DNA of 64,000 bases, from the IMG/VR virus record IMGVR_UViG_3300028048_000042, one strand, 5' to 3'. This stretch comes from a virus (lineage: Duplodnaviria; Caudoviricetes). Below are positions 57,970 to 64,000 of this stretch, in pieces; position 1 is the stretch's first letter, and every line of letters begins with the position of its first letter. The notes beneath the pieces were generated by a model, which saw nothing but the letters and a program-made list of their open reading frames with translations, ran no database searches and was not told the DNA's origin. A program made the position numbers and the translations under genes.

Positions 57970-59517
57970 GTGCGAAAAATGAAATACTATGTAAATAGTG
58001 AGGAAATTGGTAATGGTTTTGCAGAACTTCATGACGGAGACTTAGACAAATTCCATTCTTTAATTGAAAACGATTTGAAGAATATAGATGTTGAATTTAA
58101 CAACCTTATGCCTTATGGTGGACTTCAATACAACAAAGGTGCTAATTCTGTAATTCTTAATTACGTTATGAGTATGAGAGAAGATGGTAAATATCCTGTC
58201 TACTTCGTTGCATATTATGATGAAAATGCAAATTTGAGAGCGTTCGTCCCAAAGAAAAACAACAATTTGGTAATGGGTGATGATGGCAAATGGCATGGTA
58301 TTTACGATAATGATGAAAGCGGAAAGATTTACAACATCACTCGCATATTAAAAGAGTTTAAAAAAAATACTATTTATATTGATAAGAAACCTCGTGACAT
58401 TGCTTACCATACCAACGAAAAACAATTTGCAAACTACATCAATCGTTTTGGTGACGAATTAATTAATTTTGTAAAATGTGATGTAGAACTCGGTATGTAT
58501 GGAGTTCAATATAATGAAGTAAAAAAGATTACTCCACATACAGATAGTATCTATAATAAAAATGGATTGGTTTTTTGTTTTGCCGATATTGAAATCAAAA
58601 ACATGCATAATATTAAAGGGATTCTTTATATCAATGAACGTGGCGGTTTACAAATGTATGTACCTATAAATGGTAATGCTATCGACAAGGCAAATATGGA
58701 AATTTTCAAACAAGAACATTGTGTATATTTTTCTGAATCAAAAATGATTAAGGAATTTCTACATTTAGTGAATATTAGTTATGATAATATTGATTTAAGT
58801 GAAGAAACATTTTATTACCGTAACGGTATTCCTTATGAAAACATTGATGCCGAAAAAATTGTTGCTAACCGTGGCAAAGTCAATGTGTTGGAAAAAACAG
58901 ATTTCGATTTTGAAAATTTTCTAAAAAGCAAATTCAATTTTGATTCTTTCGACATTGTGGAACATGGCATAGAATTTAAAGATGTATATGTGAAGCAGGT
59001 TGATGTTTCCATTGATGGCTACCATACGATTGCTGTTTTTGGTTATATGGATAAAAACAATAAGCCTTGTGTGACGATTCCTTTAAAAAACAACAATTTA
59101 TATAAAGGAGAATTAATTCCTTCTGATATTGATGAACTCCCATATATAAATTATGATTCTGTTGGAGCAAATTGTTTTGAATTATTCGAAGAAAAAGTTG
59201 ATTTAATTGAAGAAACATATACTGCTCGTCCATACGGATTTAGTATTCTCACTCCATTAATTGATGGTAAATCTGTCAATGAAGTAAATGCGTTAATTTG
59301 TGATGATATAAAATACACAAATCCAAAAAATGAAGTTACAAAGTATAGTAATAACAAAGGATTAGAATGTTATCTATTCCAAGTCGATGAAGGATATTGC
59401 GTATTGTATTGTGACATTTTTGATAAAATTCGTGGCGTAATTGTTAGTGACACAACAAAAATTGACAGAACAATTATTGCTACAAGCTTTGATAGTGATG
59501 AAGATTTGTTGTTGTAA
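57970..59517 (+). CDS. protein of ~4 degenerate tandem domains
   Basis: recurring YGxxY/F...Y.D....LR.FVP..NN blocks. Confidence 0.8.
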   Translation: MRKMKYYVNSEEIGNGFAELHDGDLDKFHSLIENDLKNIDVEFNNLMPYGGLQYNKGANSVILNYVMSMREDGKYPVYFVAYYDENANLRAFVPKKNNNLVMGDDGKWHGIYDNDESGKIYNITRILKEFKKNTIYIDKKPRDIAYHTNEKQFANYINRFGDELINFVKCDVELGMYGVQYNEVKKITPHTDSIYNKNGLVFCFADIEIKNMHNIKGILYINERGGLQMYVPINGNAIDKANMEIFKQEHCVYFSESKMIKEFLHLVNISYDNIDLSEETFYYRNGIPYENIDAEKIVANRGKVNVLEKTDFDFENFLKSKFNFDSFDIVEHGIEFKDVYVKQVDVSIDGYHTIAVFGYMDKNNKPCVTIPLKNNNLYKGELIPSDIDELPYINYDSVGANCFELFEEKVDLIEETYTARPYGFSILTPLIDGKSVNEVNALICDDIKYTNPKNEVTKYSNNKGLECYLFQVDEGYCVLYCDIFDKIRGVIVSDTTKIDRTIIATSFDSDEDLLL

Positions 59518-59520
59518 GAG

Positions 59521-59793
59521 ATGTTTAGCGTGAATTTAGAAAGTATTAAAAATGCGATTGAAAAAATTAAAGAATTGGAATATGATTTTTTGAACAATTC
59601 CGATACATATATTGATGAAGAATGCACAACGCATTCTAACGAATGGTTAAAAACTCATTGGCAATTCAGTTTAGATATTAGACGATTAGAAGAATTGATG
59701 TTTGATTACAAATACAACCGTCCAACTATTAGTGCAGAGCGTGTAGAAAAATTATCAGATTGGTTAAATCAAAAATATGGGGTGGTTTTATGA
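59521..59793 (+). CDS. hypothetical protein
   Basis: ORF in operon. Confidence 0.65.
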   Translation: MFSVNLESIKNAIEKIKELEYDFLNNSDTYIDEECTTHSNEWLKTHWQFSLDIRRLEELMFDYKYNRPTISAERVEKLSDWLNQKYGVVL

Positions 59794-60095
59794 GAACTGA
59801 AATTTATAATTTAATTTGTATGACAAGATTTTTTGATACAGATGATGGTAAAGTTGTGGTTTTGGAAGTATACAAAAAAGGCGAGGATTTAGGAAAAGAA
59901 TATGATAATTATCATGGTTCTCGTTCTGTTCATTATACAAAACTATTCAAAACAAAAGATTTTACCGTTGATAATGTAGTGACAGAAATGGCAAAAAAAT
60001 TAGCAAAACCTCAGTCACAATTTCAAACACTCGTAGCTTCGTTTGATAAGCAAATTCTAAAATTTTTGAGAAATTCCGTAGAACAAAACATTTGA
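59790..60095 (+). CDS. hypothetical protein
   Basis: ATGA overlap with upstream gene. Confidence 0.65.
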   Translation: MRTEIYNLICMTRFFDTDDGKVVVLEVYKKGEDLGKEYDNYHGSRSVHYTKLFKTKDFTVDNVVTEMAKKLAKPQSQFQTLVASFDKQILKFLRNSVEQNI

Positions 60096-60134
60096 ATGTG
60101 AAATTTTCTTGAATCGCAAAGGGAGATATATGAA

Positions 60135-60515
60135 ATGGCACGTCAACAAATTGTTATACCAATAGAAACAGGATATGATACTTATTTGATTTTTGAATTT
60201 TCAAAATATAAATTTTCGCAGATATGTTTGACTTTGCATCATCCTAGCAAATTTCATTGTATTCCTATTGCGATAAAAGAATGGAGAATGCCAAGGCACG
60301 ATTATCCTTTTGATTCTTATGACCACCTAAATAAAGAAATTCAAAATTTACGTGAAGGAATTAATCAAGATGAAAAATTGAATTTTTTCAAAAAAAGAAT
60401 CCCTAAACCATTAGAAAAAGCAATGCTTAAATGGATTGATGAATTTTCTGTATGGTCTATTCCTTGTAAAACTATGTATGAAATAATTGGTTTGGATGTA
60501 AGGGATGGTATATAA
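60135..60515 (+). CDS. hypothetical protein
   Basis: GGGAG RBS. Confidence 0.7.
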   Translation: MARQQIVIPIETGYDTYLIFEFSKYKFSQICLTLHHPSKFHCIPIAIKEWRMPRHDYPFDSYDHLNKEIQNLREGINQDEKLNFFKKRIPKPLEKAMLKWIDEFSVWSIPCKTMYEIIGLDVRDGI

Positions 60516-60883
60516 TGGGCGAATTAATTTATCAATACGATTGCTTGTTACCCTCAGGTACAAAATTCAAATTTAAAATCAATACACCTGATTATAAAAA
60601 CGATTCGATAGAAATGCAATTTTTTGTCACTATGGACTTTAGAAAAGACAAAGAAAAATTTATCAAAAATAATTTTGATATAATTACAGGCATTTTTAAA
60701 TATGGATTATCAAATGATTCTATGTGTAAAATCAAAACAAAGATGAAGGCTAGAGCAATAAAATATGCGCAACCTTTTACAATGAAAGATGTACGTGCTG
60801 CAAACAAAATCATTGATGGCTTAGATATAAATGTAAATAAATTTCCAAAAATCAAAGAAAGAGGGCGTAGACATGGTATATAA
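60515..60883 (+). CDS. hypothetical protein
   Basis: coupled ORF. Confidence 0.7.
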   Translation: MGELIYQYDCLLPSGTKFKFKINTPDYKNDSIEMQFFVTMDFRKDKEKFIKNNFDIITGIFKYGLSNDSMCKIKTKMKARAIKYAQPFTMKDVRAANKIIDGLDINVNKFPKIKERGRRHGI

Positions 60884-61115
60884 ACTCAACAAAAAAGATG
60901 GTACTGAATTTGATAACGCCATTGACAGGGCTTTTTCTGAAATGGAATTTAAGGATTTACCTATTGATAAAGCAAATCAATTATTTCGAGATGGAGTTCT
61001 CGGATTGTATATCGCAGAAATGGCTTTAAAAAATGGAAAGCACATTTATGTTCATAGTGACTTATTCACCATAGCTGTAAATATTCGAGAAGCTTGTGAG
61101 TTGGTGGCAAAATGA
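60873..61115 (+). CDS. hypothetical protein
   Basis: coupled ORF. Confidence 0.65.
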   Translation: MVYKLNKKDGTEFDNAIDRAFSEMEFKDLPIDKANQLFRDGVLGLYIAEMALKNGKHIYVHSDLFTIAVNIREACELVAK

Positions 61116-61510
61116 CTAGCAAATTTATTCCTCATTCAATTTCAATTCAGAACCCTCAATATAGCATTGCCTGTATATATATTTTCAATAGTTATGATTC
61201 TTATAACGGTGAACTCAATCTATGTTTTGAATTTGGATTAAAAGAACCGTTAAAAAACAACAAAAATGGAGCAACGTATTCTTTTTATTGTACTGTTAAA
61301 TGTAATGGGAATTTGAAAATCAAAGCCTATAAAGACATTGAATATGTATTTAAAACAGCACTTGCTAAATTGAAAAATAGTGATGAATATCACAAACCGC
61401 ATTGGAAAAAGAAATGGCAGAATCTTATAGATTTAACTCAGAATGTAAATATTTATAAATACATTTCTGCAAAAGATATAATGATGTTAAACAATGACTT
61501 TTCATTATAA
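61112..61510 (+). CDS. hypothetical protein
   Basis: coupled ORF; terminator at 61542-61572. Confidence 0.7.
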   Translation: MTSKFIPHSISIQNPQYSIACIYIFNSYDSYNGELNLCFEFGLKEPLKNNKNGATYSFYCTVKCNGNLKIKAYKDIEYVFKTALAKLKNSDEYHKPHWKKKWQNLIDLTQNVNIYKYISAKDIMMLNNDFSL

Positions 61511-61611
61511 TAAAATGTATATATTTTATAGTACCACATTACAAAGCTAAGATTTTTATCTTAGCTTTTTTTATTTTTACGGTAGAAAATAAAAAAAAAG
61601 GGGTAAAAACA

Positions 61612-64000
61612 ATGGCAAAACTAATACAAGAAGAACAATTGTGTACATCAATAAAAAATAAATTGTTAAATTCAATAAAAGCATGGAAGCCAAAAACATA
61701 TTTTTGTCAAGGGGATATTGTCTTAACTTTAAATAATATATATATGGAATGCTTGCGTGATGGAGTTACAGGCAGTGTTGAACCAAACTGTGCAGGAATA
61801 ATAGAGGATGGAACTGTGCAATGGAAAGCAAACACTCAAACTTCTCAACCACAAAATGTAGATACAACTGTTGTTGAAACTTCACTTGATATATTAGAAC
61901 AATTTCCTACTCCAAAAGAAGGAGATTTATGTATTGTACAACGAAAAATGCCAAATTTGCAAGAATTAAAATCAAATACAAGTTGTTTTATAATATTTTC
62001 TATATATTGTGATGATTTAGATTGTGATGTTTTAATTAAAAACCCAAAAACATTCGATAAATTAATGGATTTAAAAAGCAAAACAACGGGAGAATCACTT
62101 TTAGAATTAACAGATACTATAAACACGGATTATGGATATGAAAGATATGATTCAATTGAAACAAGCACAACCATCCAAGAATTACTTTATTATTGTATGG
62201 CGGCAAAAGATAAAAACAAAAAACACACAATAAAAAACAAATATTACATATATAATGCACAAACTATAGTAAAAAAAATATCAGGTAAAGAACTAAAAAT
62301 TGATTATCTAACTTATAAATTGAATGTATCTCAAAACAATGCAGCAATAAGCTATATTATTTATATCAATTGTCCAACCAATAATGGTAATGAGAAAATA
62401 TTCGGAACAAATGATTTAGAATCTATTGCAGGTCGCAAATTATACTTTTATGATACACAAAAGAAAAGGAAAAACATATACATACAAATTGATAGATTAT
62501 TTAACAATACTCGTGATAAAGAACATTTAATGCTTGCAGATGTTGAAGCAGGAATGAATCGCTATAAAGACGGTGTTACATATGAAGAGTATGACCCTAT
62601 GGAAGGCCCCAAATCATTACTCGGTTGGAAATCTTTTTCTAATAATTATGTAGATGAAAATATAAAAAACAACACAATTCAATTCAAAACAATAAACATT
62701 TATAAAGCATACACAGGAGGAATATTTAACACAATAAAAAACAGTTTATCAGTTACAGGAATTGAAAGTAACGAGCAAATACAATATAATGCAGAACAGC
62801 AAATAAAAAATTACATAAAACGAACATTCAATCAGACGCAAGACATCGACTTAATTCACTACACATCTTCCACTACAAAAATATCTTCTTATGATTCAAA
62901 AGGAACACCTTCTAACACATCTATACCTTTATTAAAAGATGTTTGCGTTTCTCAATCAGAAGTGGCCTTAAACACACCAAGGGTAAAATATAATTATGAT
63001 AATTCCACACTTACAGTTTCAGACTATATGTATGCAAATAATCAATATGAGATTAGAGGAGTAAAAACATATTTTAAATACGGAATTACAATACCGTATA
63101 ATTTTTCAAATATTAAAATTGTTTCAAATGATATAGAATCACTTGCAAAAAATTTCTGTTTTTACTCGGACTTGGGGGTAAACTTTTGGCCATTAGGTGT
63201 AAATCTATCAAATTATATTTTAAGTGTGGATTTTTTAGAAATAGAAAATTTAAAATACACAAATACCAACTTTGTAACAGATTATTGCATTTATGAAAAA
63301 AATCGACCATATTATTATTATCAAAATATAAGAAAGATAAACTTCTTAAATTTAGAAATAGAAACTTATATTATTGGCGGTTCGTATATTACTTTACCTA
63401 TTTTAAGCAATACATGTATAACAGAACTTACAATACCATTCAATCTTAATTTATTTTTGATAAATGGCAGTGATGAATTTCAAATTTTTAAAGATAAAAC
63501 AATCCCAAGAAAACTACAATTATGTTGTCCAAAATTAAAAAGAATTCACCTTACAGAATTTAGAATCAGTAAAGAAAAAAAAGTTTATGACGAGCCATAT
63601 AAAACAAAAAAATTAACCCCACCAAAAGAGGTTGAAGCTACATATATCAAATTTAAACCAACTGACAAAAAAATTAAACGATGGGCATATGTTTTAAAAG
63701 ATGGAACATACAAAATAGATACGATTTTTAGAGAATACAATCTTTTACAATTTGTAAAAGATGTTCTAATAAAAAACAGTCCACAAACAAGAACAATCAT
63801 TTTTGATGGTACAAGTACAGAAAAACAAACATTAGATATGGGAGAAGATAGATATGGAGATAAACAAACTGCGGAAATTGATATAGGGGAAATTGTTGTA
63901 AAAATAACAGATGATTTATGTGGTATTTACATAAGTTACGCTTCTAGTGGTAAATTATTTGAATTAGAAAATGATTATGACGGTTATTCTTTTTTGGGAA
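61612..64000 (+). CDS. large protein truncated by window end (~795+ aa), possible tail fibre or virion surface protein
   Basis: frame from ATG 61612 appears open to the edge (start checked by eye; absent from ORF track, consistent with no stop); N-terminal W.P.T....GD.V.....YMEC...G.TG..EP......DGTVQW motif typical of phage tail carbohydrate-binding modules. Confidence 0.7.
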   Translation, partial: MAKLIQEEQLCTSIKNKLLNSIKAWKPKTYFCQGDIVLTLNNIYMECLRDGVTGSVEPNCAGIIEDGTVQWKANTQTSQPQNVDTTVVETSLDILEQFPTPKEGDLCIVQRKMPNLQELKSNTSCFIIFSIYCDDLDCDVLIKNPKTFDKLMDLKSKTTGESLLELTDTINTDYGYERYDSIETSTTIQELLYYCMAAKDKNKKHTIKNKYYIYNAQTIVKKISGKELKIDYLTYKLNVSQNNAAISYIIYINCPTNNGNEKIFGTNDLESIAGRKLYFYDTQKKRKNIYIQIDRLFNNTRDKEHLMLADVEAGMNRYKDGVTYEEYDPMEGPKSLLGWKSFSNNYVDENIKNNTIQFKTINIYKAYTGGIFNTIKNSLSVTGIESNEQIQYNAEQQIKNYIKRTFNQTQDIDLIHYTSSTTKISSYDSKGTPSNTSIPLLKDVCVSQSEVALNTPRVKYNYDNSTLTVSDYMYANNQYEIRGVKTYFKYGITIPYNFSNIKIVSNDIESLAKNFCFYSDLGVNFWPLGVNLSNYILSVDFLEIENLKYTNTNFVTDYCIYEKNRPYYYYQNIRKINFLNLEIETYIIGGSYITLPILSNTCITELTIPFNLNLFLINGSDEFQIFKDKTIPRKLQLCCPKLKRIHLTEFRISKEKKVYDEPYKTKKLTPPKEVEATYIKFKPTDKKIKRWAYVLKDGTYKIDTIFREYNLLQFVKDVLIKNSPQTRTIIFDGTSTEKQTLDMGEDRYGDKQTAEIDIGEIVVKITDDLCGIYISYASSGKLFELENDYDGYSFLG

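Noticed and set aside
60135-60883. ORFs ending VRDGI* and RRHGI* as RxxG family members
   Set aside because: They lack the preceding hydrophobic stretch, the first has the wrong Arg spacing, and the ends overlap the next gene's RBS or start; left unassigned.
539-63800. Most other minus-strand ORFs in the track, and 16198-16398 and 23727-23921 on +
   Set aside because: They are antisense or alternative-frame shadows of RBS-supported + strand genes, or run across promoters and terminators.
1-64000. Stop-codon reassignment, suggested by the many short ORFs
   Set aside because: Known enzymes are full length in the standard code, and the short ORFs have their own RBSs and end in a conserved motif before TAA, TGA or TAG alike.

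Overview
AT-rich segment of what is most likely a large (jumbo-type) phage of a Bacillota-like host. It uses AGGAGG RBSs and sigmaA TTGACA/TATAAT promoters in the standard code, and nearly all genes lie on the + strand. There are three zones. (1) About 0.5-31.2 kb is an early/accessory region of short cassettes (strong promoter, 1-4 small hypothetical ORFs, intrinsic terminator). The cassettes are separated by about 25 copies of a 33-bp palindromic element AAATTCCTAAA-N11-TTTAGGAATTT whose asymmetric core occurs in both orientations. (2) About 31.2-39.5 kb begins with a non-coding boundary (three A-tract repeats plus a G-tract cluster). It is followed by an M15 peptidase, a lipoprotein, Thg1, an SGNH hydrolase, a PARG-like macrodomain, a 23-bp tandem repeat and a candidate ncRNA. 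(3) About 39.5-56.5 kb is an array of small, mostly dissimilar ORFs. Counting two earlier members at 34.2-34.7 kb, about 41 ORFs end in the same C-terminal signature (hydrophobic stretch, then R-x-x-G-[V/I]-stop). One is a metallophosphoesterase fusion, and the array is interrupted by two catalytically intact TnpB/omegaRNA elements and a CCA-adding enzyme. A large virion-like ORF runs off the right edge. The two strongest candidates for undescribed systems are the RxxG[VI]-COOH protein array and the palindrome-delimited cassette array. All family assignments are by-eye motif recognition; no searches were run.
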